Assembly: GCA_964016885.1 (NCBI GenBank)
Contig: OZ024744.1
Coordinates: forward strand, 98,208,001 to 98,272,000
Length of the DNA stretch: 64,000 bases
Source: Eledone cirrhosa
Lineage: Eukaryota
Direction: 5' to 3'
Positions 38,401 to 53,400 of the stretch are shown in pieces. The position numbers and the translations under genes were made by a program. The notes beneath the pieces are model-generated. The model was not told the origin of the DNA. It saw only the letters and a program-made list of their open reading frames with translations, and ran no database searches. Each line of letters opens with the position of its first letter. Positions within the stretch are counted from its first letter, which is position 1.

Positions 38401-41400
38401 GTGTCTTTTACACATCCACTTTACAGTGTCGGCTGGGTGCTTTTGTCGTGTCTTTTACACATCCACTTTACAGTGTGGGCTGGGTGCTTTTTGTTGTGTC
38501 TTTTACACATCCACTTTACAGTGTGGGCTGGGTGCTTTTTGCCTTGTCTTTTACACGTCCACTTTACAGTGTGGGCTGGGTGCTTTTTGTTGTGTCTTTT
38601 ACACATCCACTTTACAGTGTGGGCTGGGTGCTTTTTGTTGTGTCTTTTACACATCCACTTTACAGTGTGGGCTGGGTGCTTTTTGCCGTGTCTTTTACAT
38701 GTCCACTTTACAGTGTGGCTGGATGTCTTGTCATGTCTTTTACACGTCCACTTTACAGTTTGGGCTTGTTGCTTTTTGCCTTGACTTTTACACGTCCACT
38801 TTACAGTGTGGGCTGGGTGCTTTTTGTTGTGTCTTTTACACATCCACTTTACAGTGTGGGCTGCGTCCTTTTTGCCCTGTCTTTTACATGTCCACTTTAC
38901 AGTGTGCGCTGGGTGATTTTTGGCGTGTTTTTTACAAATCAACTTTACAGTGTGGGCTGGGTGCTTTTTGTCGTGTCTTTTACATGTCCACTTTACAGTG
39001 TGGGCTGGGTGCTTTTTGTCGTGTCTTTTACATGTCCACTTTACAGCATGGCTGGGTGCTTTTGTCATGTCTTTTATATGTCCACTTTACAGTGTGGGCT
39101 GGGTGCTTTTGTCATGTCTTTTATATGTCAACTTTACAGTGTGGGCTGGGTGCTTTTGTCATGTCTTTTACATGTCCACTTTACAGTGTGGGCTGGGTGC
39201 TTTTGTCATGTCTTTTACATGTCCACTTTACAGTGTGGGCTGGGTGCTTTTTGTTGTGTCTTTTATATGTCCACTTTACAGCGTAGCTGGGTGCTTTTGT
39301 CATGTCTTTTATATGTCCACTTTACAGTGTGGGCTGGGTGCTTTTGCAAGTCTTTTACATGTCCACTTAACAGCGTGGCTGGGTGCTTTTGTCGTGTCTT
39401 TTACACGTCAACTTTACAGTGTGGGCTGTGTGCTTTTTGCCTTGTCTTTTACATGTCCACTTTACAGTATGGGCTGCGTGCTTTTTGCCATATCTTTTAT
39501 ATGTCCACTTTACAGTGTGGGCTGTGTGCTTTTTGTCGTGTCTTTTACACGTCCACTTTACAGTGTGGGCTGGCTTTTTTTCCAGGTCTTTTATATGTCC
39601 ACTTTACAGTGTGGCTGGGTGCTTTTTGCTGTGTCTTTTACATGTCCACTTTACAGTGTGGGCTGGGTGCTTTTTGCCAGGTCTTTTATATGTCAACTTT
39701 ACAGTGTGGGCTGGGTGCTTTTGTCATGTCTTTTACACATCCACTTTACAGTGTGGGCTGCGTGCTTTTGTCATGTCTTTTACATGTCCACTTTACAGTG
39801 TGGGCTGGGTGCTTTTGTCATGTCTTTTACACGTCCACTTTACAGTGTGGGCTGGGTGCTTTTTGTTGTGTCTTTTACACATCCACTTTACAGTGTGGGC
39901 TGGGTGCTTTTTGCCATGTCTTTTATATGTCCACTTTACAGCGTAGCTGGGTGCTTTTGTCATGTCTTTTATATGTCCACTTTACAGTGTGGGCTGTGTG
40001 CTTTTTGCCTTGTCTTTTACATGTCCACTTTACAGTGTGGGCTGTGTGCTTTTTGCCTTGTCTTTTACATGTCCACTTTACAGTATGGGCTGCGTGCTTT
40101 TTGCCATATCTTTTATATGTCCACTTTACAGTGTGGGCTGCGTGCTTTTTGTCGTGTCTTTTACACGTCCACTTTACAGTGTGGGCTGGGTGCTTTTTAC
40201 CAGGTCTTTTATATGTCCACTTTACAGTGTGGGCTATGTGCTTTTTGTCATGTCTTTTACACGTTCCACCTTACAGTGTGGGCTGGGTGTTTTTCGTCGT
40301 GTCTTTTACATGTCCACTTTACAGTGTGGCTGGATGCTTTTGTCATGTCTTTTACATGTCCACTTTACAGTGTGGGCTGGGTGCTTTTTGCCATGTCTTT
40401 TATATGTCCCCTTTACAGTGTGGGCTGGGTGCTTTTGTCATGTCTTTTATATGTCCACTTTACAGTGTGTCTGGGTGCTTTTGTCATGTCTTTTATATGT
40501 CCACTTTACAGTGTGGGCTGGGTGCTTTTGTCATGTCTTTTACATGTCCACTTTACAGTGTGGGCTGAGTGCTTTTTGTCGTGTCTTTTACATGTCCACT
40601 TTACAGTGTGGGCTCTGTGCTTTTTGTCATGTCTTTTACACGTTCCACTTTACAGTGTGGGCTGGGTGTTTTTCGTCGTGTCTTTTACATGTCCACTTTA
40701 CAGTGTGTCTGGGTGTTTTTTGTCGTGTCTTTTGTATGTCCACTTTACAGTGTGGGCTGGGTGTTTTTCGTCGTGTCTTTTACATGTCCACTTTACAGTG
40801 TGGGCTGGGTGTTTTTTGTCGTGTCCTTTACATGTCCACTTTACAGTGTGGGCTGGGTGTTTTTTGTCGCGTCTTTTACACGTCCACTTTACAGTGTGGG
40901 CTGCGTCCTTTTTGCCATGTCTTTTACATGTCCACTTTACAGTATGGGCTGGGTGCTTTTGTCAAGTCTTTTACATGTCCACTTTACAGCGTGGCTGGGT
41001 GCTTTTGTCGTGTCTTTTACACGTCCACTTTACAGTGTGGGCTGTGTCCTTTTTGCCTTGTCTTTTACATGTCCACTTTACAGTATGGGCTGCGTGCTTT
41101 TTGCCATATCTTTTATATGTCCACTTTACAGTGTGGGCTGTGTGCTTTTTGTCGTGTCTTTTACACGTCCACTTTACAGTGTGGGCTGGGTTTTTTTCCA
41201 GGTCTTTTATATGTCCACTTTACAGTGTGGGCTGGGTGTTTTTTGTCGCGTATTTTACACGTCCACTTTACAGTGTGGGCTGGGTGCTTTTTGACATGTC
41301 TTTTACACGTCCACTTTACAGTGTGGGCTGGGTGCTTTTGTCATGTCTTTTACATGTCCACTTTACAGTGTGGGCTGGGTGCTTTTGTCATGTCTTTTAC

Positions 41401-44400
41401 ACGTCCACTTTACAGTGTGGGCTGGGTGCTTTTTGTTGTGTCTTTTACACATCCACTTTACAGTGTGGGCTGCGTGCATTTTGCCGTGTCTTTTACATGT
41501 CCACTTTACAGTGTGGGCTGGGTGCTTTTTGTCATGTCTTTTACACATCCACTTTACAGTTTGGGCTTGTTGCTTTTTGCCTTGTCTTTTACACGTCCAC
41601 TTTACAGTGTCGGCTGGGTGCTTTTTGTTGTGTCTTTTACACATCCACTTTACAGTGTGGGCTGCGTCCTTTTTGCCATGTCTTTTACATGTCCACTTTA
41701 CAGCGTGGCTGGGTGCTTTTTGCCGTGTCTTTTACATGTCCACTTTACAGTGTGGGCTGGGTGCTTTTTGTTGTGTCTTTTACACATCCACTTTACAGTG
41801 TGGGCTGCGTCCTTTTTGCCATGTCTTTTCCATGTCCACTTTACAGTGTGCGCTGGGTGCTTTTTGGCGTGTCTTTTACACATCAACTTTACAATGTGGG
41901 CTGGGTGCTTTTTGTTGTGTCTTTTACATGTCCACTTTACAGCATGGCTGGGTGCTTTTGTCATGTCTTTTATATGTCCACTTTACAGTGTGGGCTGGGT
42001 GCTTTTGTCATGTCTTTTATATGTCCACTTTACAGTGTGGGCTGGGTGCTTTTGTCATGTCTTTTACATGTCAACTTTACAGTGTGGGCTGGGTGCTTTT
42101 GTCATGTCTTTTACATGTCCACTTTACAGTGTGGGCTGTGTGCTTTTGTCATGTCTTTTATATGTCCACTTTACAGTGTGGGCTGGGTGCTTTTTGTCGT
42201 GTCTTTTATATGTCCACTTTACAGCGTAGCTGGGTGCTTTTGTCATGTCTTTTATATGTCCACTTTACAGTGTGGGCTGGATGCTTTTGTCAAGTCTTTT
42301 ACATGTCCACTTTACAGCGTGGCTGGGTGCTTTTGACGTGTCTTTTACACGTCCACTTTACAGTGTGGGCTGTGTGCTTTTTGCCTTGTCTTTTACATGT
42401 CCACTTTACAGTGTGGGCTGGGTGCTTTTTGCCTTGTCTTTTACATGTCCACTTTACAGTATGGGCTGCGTGCTTTTTGCCAAATCTTTTATATGTCCAC
42501 TTTATAGTGTGGGCTGTGTGCTTTTTGTCGTGTCTTTTACACGTCCACTTTACAGTGTAGGCTGGGTGCTTTTTACCAGGTCTTTTATATGTCCACTTTA
42601 CAGTGTGGGCTATGTGCTTTTTATCATGTCTTTTACACGTTCCACTTTACAGTGTGGGCTGGGTGTTTTTCGTCGTGTCTTTTACATGTCCACTTTACAG
42701 TGTGGCTGGATGCTTTTGTCATGTCTTTTACACGTCCACTTTACAGTGCGGGCTGGGTGCTTTTTGCCATGTCTTTTATATGTCCACTTTACAGTGTGGG
42801 CTCTGTGCTTTTTGTCATGTCTTTTACACGTTCCACTTTACAGTGTGGGCTGGGTGTTTTTCGTTGTGTCTTTTACATGTCCACTTTACAGTGTGTCTGA
42901 GTGTTTTTTGTCGTGTCTTTTGTATGTCCACTCTACAGTGTGGGCTGGGTGTTTTTCGTCGTGTCTTTTACATGTCCACTTTACAGTGTGTCTGGGTGTT
43001 TTTCGTCGTGTCTTTTACATGTCCACTTTACAGTGTGGGCTGGGTGTTTTTTGTCGCATCTTTTACACGTCCACTTTACAGTGTGGGCTGGGTGCTTTTT
43101 GTCATGTCTTTTACACGTCCACTTTACAGTGTGAGCTGGGTGTCTTTTGTCGTGTCTTTTACACATCCACTTTACAGTGTGGGCTGGGTGTTTTTTGCCG
43201 TGTCCTTTACACGTCCACTTTACAGTGTGGGCTGGGTGCTTTTTGCCGTGTCTTTTACACGTCCACTTTACAGTGTGGGCTGGGTGCTTTTTGCCGTGTC
43301 TTTTACAAGTCCACTTTACAGTGTGGGCTGGGTGCTTTTTGTCATGTCTTTTACACATCCAGTGTGGGCTGCGTGCTTTTTGTCATGTCTTTTACACGTC
43401 CACTTTACAGTGTGGGCTGGGTGCTTTTTGCCGTGTCTTTTACAAGTCCACTTTACAGTGTGGGCTGGGTGCTTTTTGTCATGTCTTTTACACATCCAGT
43501 GTGGGCTGCGTGCTTTTTGCCGTGTCTTTTACACGTCCACTTTACAGTGTGGGCTGGGTGCTTTTTGCTGTGTCTTTTACACATCCACTTTACAGTGTGG
43601 GCTGCGTGCTTTTTGCCATGTCTTTTATATGTCCCTTTACAGTGTGGCCTGAGTGCTTTTTGCCATGTCTTTTATATGTCCACTTTACAGTGTGGGCTGG
43701 GTGCTTTTTGTCATGTCTTTTACATGTCCACTTTACAGTTTGGGCTTGTTGCTTTTTGCCTTGTCTTTTACATGTCCACTTTACAGTTTGAGCTTGTTGC
43801 TTTTTGCCTTGTCTTTTACACGTCCACTTTACAGTTTGGGCTTGTTGCTTTTTGCCTTGTCTTTTACACGTCCACTTTACAGTGTCGGCTGGGTGCTTTT
43901 TGTTGTGTCTTTTACACATTCACTTTACAGTGTGGGCTGCGTCCTTTTTGCCATGTCTTTTACATGTCCACTTTACAGTGTGCGCTGGGTGCTTTTTGGC
44001 GTGTCTTTTACACATCAACTTTACAGTGTGGGCTGGGTGCTTTTTGTCGTGTCTTTTACATGTCCACTTTACAGTGTGGGCTGGGTGTTTTTTGTTGTGT
44101 CTTTTACATGTCCACTTTACAGTGTGTCTGGGTGTTTTTTGTCGTGTCTTTTGTATGTCCACTTTACAGTGTGGGCTGGGTGTTTTTTGTCGCGTCTTTT
44201 ACACGTCCACTTTACAGTGTGGGCTGGGTGTTTTTTGTCATGTCTTTTACACATCCACTTTACAGTGTGGGCTGGGTGTTTTTTGTCGCGTCTTTTACAC
44301 GTCCACTTTACAGTGTGGGCTGGGTGCTTTTTGTCGTGTCTTTTACACGTCCACTTTACAGTGTGGGCTGGGTGCTTTTTGTCATGTCTTTTACACGTCC

Positions 44401-47400
44401 ACTTTACAGTGTGAGCTGGGTGTCTTTTGTCGTGTCTTTTACATATCCACTTTACAGTGTGGGCTGGGTGTTTTTTGCCGTGTCCTTTACACGTCCACTT
44501 TACAGTGTGGGCTGGGTGCTTTTTGCCTTGTCTTTTACATGTCCACTTTACAGTATGGGCTGCGTGCTTTTTGCCATATCTTTTATATGTCCACTTTACA
44601 GTGTGGGCTGTGTGCTTTTTGTCGTGTCTTTTACACGTCCACTTTACAGTGTGGGCTGGGTGCTTTTTGTCATGTCTTTTACACGTCCACTTTACAGTGT
44701 GAGCTGGGTGTCTTTTGTCGTGTCTTTTACATATCCACTTTACAGTGTGGGCTGGGTGTTTTTTGCCGTGTCCTTTACACGTCCACTTTACAGTGTGGGC
44801 TGGGTGCTTTTTGCCGTGTCTTTTACACGTCCACTTTACAGTGTGGGCTGGGTGCTTTTTGTCATGTCTTTTACACATCCAGTGTGGGCTGCGTGCTTTT
44901 TGTCATGTCTTTTACACGTCCACTTTATAGTGTGGGCTGGGTTTTTTTCCAGGTCTTTTATATGTCCACTTTACAGTGTGGCTGGGTGCTTTTTGCCAGG
45001 TCTTTTATATGTCAACTTTACAGTGTGGTTTGGGTGCTTTTGTCATGTCTTTTACATGTCCACTTTACAGTGTGGGCTGGGTGCTTTTGTCATGTCTTTT
45101 ACACGTCCACTTTACAGTGTGGGCTGTGTGCTTTTTGTCGTGTCTTTTACATGTCCACTTTACAGTGTGGGCTGGGTGCTTTTTGCCATGTCTTTTATAT
45201 GTCCACTTTACAGTGTGGGCTGGGTGCTTTTTGTCATGTCTTTTACATGTCCACTTTACAGTGTGGGCTGGGTGCTTTTTGCCTTGTCTTTTACACATCC
45301 ACTTTACAGTGTGAGCTGGGTGTCTTTTGTCGTGTCTTTTACACGTCCACTTTACAGTGTGGGCTTGTTGCTTTACAGTGTGCGCTGGGTGCTTTTTGTT
45401 GTGTCTTTTACACATCCACTTTACAGTGTGGGCTGCATCCTTTTTGCCATGTCTTTTACATGTCCACTTTACAGTGTGCGCTGGGTGCTTTTTGTTGTGT
45501 CTTTTACACATCCACTTTACAGCATGGGCTGGGTGCTTTTTGGCGTGTCTTTTACACATCAACTTTACAGTGTGGGCTGCGTCCTTTTTGCCCTGTCTTT
45601 TACATGTCCACTTTACAGTGTGGGCTGGGTGTCTTTTGTCGTGTCTTTTACATGTCCACTTTACAGCATGGCTGGGTGCTTTTGTCATGTCTTTTATATG
45701 TCCCTTTACAGTGTGGGCTGAGTGCTTTTTGCCATGTCTTTTATATGTCCCTTTACAGTGTGGGCTGAGTGCTTTTTGCCATATCTTTTATATGTCCCCT
45801 TTACAGTGTGGGCTGAGTGCTTTTTGTCGTGTCTTTTACATGTCCACTTTACAGTGTGGGTTGGGTGTTTTTTGTTGTGTCTTTTACATGTCCACTTTAC
45901 AGCATGGCTGGGTGCTTTTGTCATGTCTTTTATATGTCCACTTTACAGTGTGGGCTGGGTGCTTTTGTCATGTCTTTTATATATCAACTTTACAGTGTGG
46001 GCTGGGTGCTTTTGTCATGTCTTTTACATGTCCACTTTACAGTGTGGGCTGGGTGTTTTTGTCATGTCTTTTATATGTCCACTTTACAGCGTGGCTGGGT
46101 GCTTTTGTCGTGTCTTTTACACGTCCACTTTACAGTGTGGGCTGTGTGCTTTTTGCCTTGTCTTTTACATGTCCACTTTACAGTGTGGGCTGGGTGTTTT
46201 TTGCCATATCTTTTATATGTCCACTTTACAGTGTGGCTGGGTGCTTTTTGCCAGGTCTTTTATATGTCAACTTTACAGTGTGGGCTGGGTGCTTTTTGTT
46301 GTGTCTTTTACACATCCACTTTACAGTGTCGGCTGGGTGCTTTTTGTCATGTCTTTTACATGTCCACTTTACAGTGTGGGCTGTGTGCTTTTTGCCTTGT
46401 CTTTTACATGTCCACTTTACAGTATGGGCTGCGTGCTTTTTGTCGTGTCTTTTACATGTCCACTTTACAGCGTGGCTGGGTGCTTTTGTCGTGTCTTTTA
46501 CACGTCCACTTTACAGTGTGGGCTGTGTGCTTTTTGCCTTGTCTTTTACATGTCCACTTTACAGTATGGGCTGCGTGCTTTTTGTCGTGTCTTTTACATG
46601 TCCACTTTACAGCGTGGCTGGGTGCTTTTGTCGTGTCTTTTACACGTCCACTTTACAGTGTGGGCTGCGTCCTTTTTGCCATGTCTTTTACATGTCCACT
46701 TTACAGTATGGGCTGGGTGCTTTTGTCAAGTCTTTTACATGTCCACTTTACAGCGTGGCTGGGTGCTTTTGTCGTGTCTTTTACACGTCCACTTTACAGT
46801 GTGGGCTGTGTGCTTTTTGCCTTGTCTTTTACATGTCCACTTTACAGTATGGGCTGCGTGCTTTTTGCCATATCTTTTATATGTCCACTTTACAGTGTGG
46901 CTGGGTGCTTTTTGCCGTGTCTTTTACATGTCCACTTTACAGTGTGGGCTGGGTGCTTTTTGCCAGGTCTTTTATATGTCCACTTTACAGTGTGGGCTGG
47001 GTGCTTTTGTCATGTCTTTTACACGTCCACTTTAGAGCGTGGGCTGGGTGCTTTTTGTTGTGACACCTACATAACCACTTTACAGTGTGGGCTGCGTGCT
47101 TTTTGCCATGTCTTTTATATGTCCACTTTACAGTGTGGGCTGAGTGCTTTTTGTCATGTCTTTTATATGTCCACTTTACAGTTTGGGTTGTTGCTTTTTG
47201 CCTTGTCTTTTACACGTCCACTTTACAGTGTGGGCTGGGTGCTTTTTGCCTTGTCTTTTATACGTCCACTTTACAGTGTGGGCTGGGTGCTTTTTGTTGT
47301 GTCTTTTACACATCCACTTTACAGTGTGGGCTGCGTCCTTTTTGCCATGTCTTTTACATGTCCACTTTACAGTGTGCGCAGGGTGCTTTTTGGCGTGTCT

Positions 47401-50400
47401 TTTACACATCAACTTTACAGTGTGCGCTGGGTGCTTTTTGTCGTGTCTTTTACATGTCCACTTTACAATGTGGGCTGGGTGTTTTTTGTCGTGTCTTTTA
47501 CATGTCCACTTTACAGCATGGCTGGGTGCTTTTGTCATGTCTTTTATATGTCCACTTTACAGTGTGGGCTGGGTGCTTTTGTCATGTCTTTTATATGTCC
47601 ACTTTACAGTGTGGGCTGGGTGCTTTTGTCATGTCTTTTATATGTCCACTTTACAGTGTGGGCTGGGTGCTTTTGTCATGTCTTTTACATGTCAACTTTA
47701 CAGTGTGGGCTGGGTGCTTTTGTCATGTCTTTTACATGTCCACTTTACAGTGTGGGCTGGGTGCTTTTGTCATGTCTTTTATATGTCCACTTTACAGTGT
47801 GGGCTGGGTGCTTTTTGTCGTGTCTTTTATATGTCCACTTTACAGCGTAGCTGGGTGCTTTTGTCATGTCTTTTATATGTCCACTTTCAGTGTGGGCTGG
47901 GTGCTTTTGTCATGTCTTTTACATGTCAACTTTACAGTGTGGGCTGGGTGCTTTTGTCATGTCTTTTACATATCCACTTTACAGTGTGGGCTGGGTGCTT
48001 TTGTCAAGTCTTTTACATGTCCACTTTACAGCGTGGCTGGGTGCTTTTGTCGTGTCTTTTACATGTCCACTTTACAGTGTGGGCTGTGTGCTTTTTGCCT
48101 TGTCTTTTACATGTCCACTTTACAGTGTGGGCTGTGTACTTTTTGCCTTGTCTTTTACATGTCCACTTTACAGTATGGGCTGCGTGCTTTTTGCCATATC
48201 TTCTATATGTCCACTTTACAGTGTGGGCTGTGTGCTTTTTGTCATGTCTTTTACACGTCCACTTTACAGTGTGGGCTGGGTGCTTTTTGTCATGTCTTTT
48301 ACACGTCCACTTTACAGTGTGAGCTGGGTGTCTTTTGTCGTGTCTTTTACACATCCACTTTACAGTGTGGGCTGGGTGTTTTTTGCCGTGTCCTTTACAC
48401 GTCCACTTTACAGTGTGGGCTGGGTGCTTTTTGCCGTGTCTTTTATATGTCCCTTTACAGTGTGGGCTGAGTGCTTTTTGCCATGTCTTTTATATGTCCA
48501 CTTTACAGTTTGGGCTTGTTGCTTTTTGCCTTGTCTTTTACACGTCCACTTTACAGTGTGGGCTGGGTGCTTTTTGTTGTGTCTTTTACACATCAACTTT
48601 ACAGTGTGGGCTGGGTGCTTCTGTCATGTCTTTTACATGTCCACTTTACAGTGTGGGCTGGGTGCTTTTGTCATGTCTTTTACATGTCCACTTTACAGTG
48701 TGGGCTGGATGCTTTTGTCATGTCTTTTACATGTCCACTTTACAGTGTGGCTGGATGTCTTGTCATGTCTTTTACACATCCACTTTACAGTGTGGGCTGG
48801 GTGCTTTTTGCCTTGTCTTTTACACGTCCACTTTACAGTGTGGGCTGGGTGCTTTTGTCGTGTCTTTTACACATCCACTTTACAGTGTGGGCTGGGTGCT
48901 TTTGTCGTGTCTTTTACATGTCCACTTTACAGTGTGGGCTGTGTGCTTTTTGCCTTGTCTTTTACATGTCCACTTTACAGTGTGGGCTGTGTACTTTTTG
49001 CCTTGTCTTTTACATGTCCACTTTACAGTATGGGCTGCGTGCTTTTTGCCATATCTTCTATATGTCCACTTTACAGTGTGGGCTGTGTGCTTTTTGTCAC
49101 GTCTTTTACACGTCCACTTTACAGTGTGGGCTGGGTGCTTTTTGTCATGTCTTTTACACGTCCACTTTACAGTGTGAGCTGGGTGTCTTTTGTCGTGTCT
49201 TTTACACATCCACTTTACAGTGTGGGCTGGGTGTTTCTTGCCGTGTCCTTTACACGTCCACTTCACAGTGTGGGCTGGGTGCTTTTTGCCGTGTCTTTTA
49301 TATGTCCACTTTACAGTTTGGGCTTGTTGCTTTTTGCCTTGTCTTCTACACGTCCACTTTACAGTGTGGGCTGGGTGCTTTTTGTTGTGTCTTTTACACA
49401 TCAACTTTACAGTGTGGGCTGGGTGCTTTTGTCATGTCTTTTACATGTCCACTTTACAGTGTGGGCTGGGTGCTTTTGTCATGTCTTTTACATGTCCACT
49501 TTACAGTGTGGGCTGGATGCTTTTGTCATGTCTTTTACATGTCCACTTTACAGTGTGGCTGGATGTCTTGTCATGTCTTTTACACATCCACTTTACAGTG
49601 TGGGCTGGGTGCTTTTTGCCTTGTCTTTTACACGTCCACTTTACAGTGTGGGCTGGGTGCTTTTGTCGTGTCTTTTACACATCCACTTTACAGTGTGGGC
49701 TGGGTGCTTTTGTCGTGTCTTTTACACATCCACTTTACAGTGTCGGCTGGGTGCTTTTGTCGTGTCTTTTACACATCCACTTTACAGTGTGGGCTGGGTG
49801 CTTTTTGTTGTGTCTTTTACACATCCACTTTACAGTGTGGGCTGGGTGCTTTTTGCCTTGTCTTTTACACGTCCACTTTACAGTGTGGGCTGGGTGCTTT
49901 TTGTTGTGTCTTTTACACATCCACTTTACAGTGTGGGCTGGGTGCTTTTTGTTGTGTCTTTTACACATCCACTTTACAGTGTGGGCTGGGTGCTTTTTGC
50001 CGTGTCTTTTACATGTCCACTTTACAGTGTGGCTGGATGTCTTGTCATGTCTTTTACACGTCCACTTTACAGTTTGGGCTTGTTGCTTTTTGCCTTGTCT
50101 TTTACACGTCCACTTTACAGTGTGGGCTGGGTGCTTTTTGTTGTGTCTTTTACACATCCACTTTACAGTGTGGGCTGCGTCCTTTTTGCCCTGTCTTTTA
50201 CATGTCCACTTTACAGTGTGCGCTGGGTGATTTTTGGCGTGTTTTTTACAAATCAACTTTACAGTGTGGGCTGGGTGCTTTTTGTCGTGTCTTTTACATG
50301 TCCACTTTACAGTGTGGGCTGGGTGCTTTTTGTCGTGTCTTTTACATGTCCACTTTACAGCATGGCTGGGTGCTTTTGTCATGTCTTTTATATGTCCACT

Positions 50401-53400
50401 TTACAGTGTGGGCTGGGTGCTTTTGTCATGTCTTTTATATGTCAACTTTACAGTGTGGGCTGGGTGCTTTTGTCATGTCTTTTACATGTCCACTTTACAG
50501 TGTGGGCTGGGTGCTTTTGTCATGTCTTTTACATGTCCACTTTACAGTGTGGGCTGGGTGCTTTTTGTTGTGTCTTTTATATGTCCACTTTACAGCGTAG
50601 CTGGGTGCTTTTGTCATGTCTTTTATATGTCCACTTTACAGTGTGGGCTGGGTGCTTTTGCAAGTCTTTTACATGTCCACTTAACAGCGTGGCTGGGTGC
50701 TTTTGTCGTGTCTTTTACACGTCAACTTTACAGTGTGGGCTGTGTGCTTTTTGCCTTGTCTTTTACATGTCCACTTTACAGTATGGGCTGCGTGCTTTTT
50801 GCCATATCTTTTATATGTCCACTTTACAGTGTGGGCTGTGTGCTTTTTGTCGTGTCTTTTACACGTCCACTTTACAGTGTGGGCTGGCTTTTTTTCCAGG
50901 TCTTTTATATGTCCACTTTACAGTGTGGCTGGGTGCTTTTTGCTGTGTCTTTTACATGTCCACTTTACAGTGTGGGCTGGGTGCTTTTTGCCAGGTCTTT
51001 TATATGTCAACTTTACAGTGTGGGCTGGGTGCTTTTGTCATGTCTTTTACACATCCACTTTACAGTGTGGGCTGCGTGCTTTTGTCATGTCTTTTACATG
51101 TCCACTTTACAGTGTGGGCTGGGTGCTTTTGTCATGTCTTTTACACGTCCACTTTACAGTGTGGGCTGGGTGCTTTTTGTTGTGTCTTTTACACATCCAC
51201 TTTACAGTGTGGGCTGGGTGCTTTTTGCCATGTCTTTTATATGTCCACTTTACAGCGTAGCTGGGTGCTTTTGTCATGTCTTTTATATGTCCACTTTACA
51301 GTGTGGGCTGTGTGCTTTTTGCCTTGTCTTTTACATGTCCACTTTACAGTGTGGGCTGTGTGCTTTTTGCCTTGTCTTTTACATGTCCACTTTACAGTAT
51401 GGGCTGCGTGCTTTTTGCCATATCTTTTATATGTCCACTTTACAGTGTGGGCTGCGTGCTTTTTGTCGTGTCTTTTACACGTCCACTTTACAGTGTGGGC
51501 TGGGTGCTTTTTACCAGGTCTTTTATATGTCCACTTTACAGTGTGGGCTATGTGCTTTTTGTCATGTCTTTTACACGTTCCACCTTACAGTGTGGGCTGG
51601 GTGTTTTTCGTCGTGTCTTTTACATGTCCACTTTACAGTGTGGCTGGATGCTTTTGTCATGTCTTTTACATGTCCACTTTACAGTGTGGGCTGGGTGCTT
51701 TTTGCCATGTCTTTTATATGTCCCCTTTACAGTGTGGGCTGGGTGCTTTTGTCATGTCTTTTATATGTCCACTTTACAGTGTGTCTGGGTGCTTTTGTCA
51801 TGTCTTTTATATGTCCACTTTACAGTGTGGGCTGGGTGCTTTTGTCATGTCTTTTACATGTCCACTTTACAGTGTGGGCTGAGTGCTTTTTGTCGTGTCT
51901 TTTACATGTCCACTTTACAGTGTGGGCTCTGTGCTTTTTGTCATGTCTTTTACACGTTCCACTTTACAGTGTGGGCTGGGTGTTTTTCGTCGTGTCTTTT
52001 ACATGTCCACTTTACAGTGTGTCTGGGTGTTTTTTGTCGTGTCTTTTGTATGTCCACTTTACAGTGTGGGCTGGGTGTTTTTCGTCGTGTCTTTTACATG
52101 TCCACTTTACAGTGTGGGCTGGGTGTTTTTTGTCGTGTCCTTTACATGTCCACTTTACAGTGTGGGCTGGGTGTTTTTTGTCGCGTCTTTTACACGTCCA
52201 CTTTACAGTGTGGGCTGCGTCCTTTTTGCCATGTCTTTTACATGTCCACTTTACAGTATGGGCTGGGTGCTTTTGTCAAGTCTTTTACATGTCCACTTTA
52301 CAGCGTGGCTGGGTGCTTTTGTCGTGTCTTTTACACGTCCACTTTACAGTGTGGGCTGTGTCCTTTTTGCCTTGTCTTTTACATGTCCACTTTACAGTAT
52401 GGGCTGCGTGCTTTTTGCCATATCTTTTATATGTCCACTTTACAGTGTGGGCTGTGTGCTTTTTGTCGTGTCTTTTACACGTCCACTTTACAGTGTGGGC
52501 TGGGTTTTTTTCCAGGTCTTTTATATGTCCACTTTACAGTGTGGGCTGGGTGTTTTTTGTCGCGTATTTTACACGTCCACTTTACAGTGTGGGCTGGGTG
52601 CTTTTTGACATGTCTTTTACACGTCCACTTTACAGTGTGGGCTGGGTGCTTTTGTCATGTCTTTTACATGTCCACTTTACAGTGTGGGCTGGGTGCTTTT
52701 GTCATGTCTTTTACACGTCCACTTTACAGTGTGGGCTGGGTGCTTTTTGTTGTGTCTTTTACACATCCACTTTACAGTGTGGGCTGCGTGCATTTTGCCG
52801 TGTCTTTTACATGTCCACTTTACAGTGTGGGCTGGGTGCTTTTTGTCATGTCTTTTACACATCCACTTTACAGTTTGGGCTTGTTGCTTTTTGCCTTGTC
52901 TTTTACACGTCCACTTTACAGTGTCGGCTGGGTGCTTTTTGTTGTGTCTTTTACACATCCACTTTACAGTGTGGGCTGCGTCCTTTTTGCCATGTCTTTT
53001 ACATGTCCACTTTACAGCGTGGCTGGGTGCTTTTTGCCGTGTCTTTTACATGTCCACTTTACAGTGTGGGCTGGGTGCTTTTTGTTGTGTCTTTTACACA
53101 TCCACTTTACAGTGTGGGCTGCGTCCTTTTTGCCATGTCTTTTCCATGTCCACTTTACAGTGTGCGCTGGGTGCTTTTTGGCGTGTCTTTTACACATCAA
53201 CTTTACAATGTGGGCTGGGTGCTTTTTGTTGTGTCTTTTACATGTCCACTTTACAGCATGGCTGGGTGCTTTTGTCATGTCTTTTATATGTCCACTTTAC
53301 AGTGTGGGCTGGGTGCTTTTGTCATGTCTTTTATATGTCCACTTTACAGTGTGGGCTGGGTGCTTTTGTCATGTCTTTTACATGTCAACTTTACAGTGTG

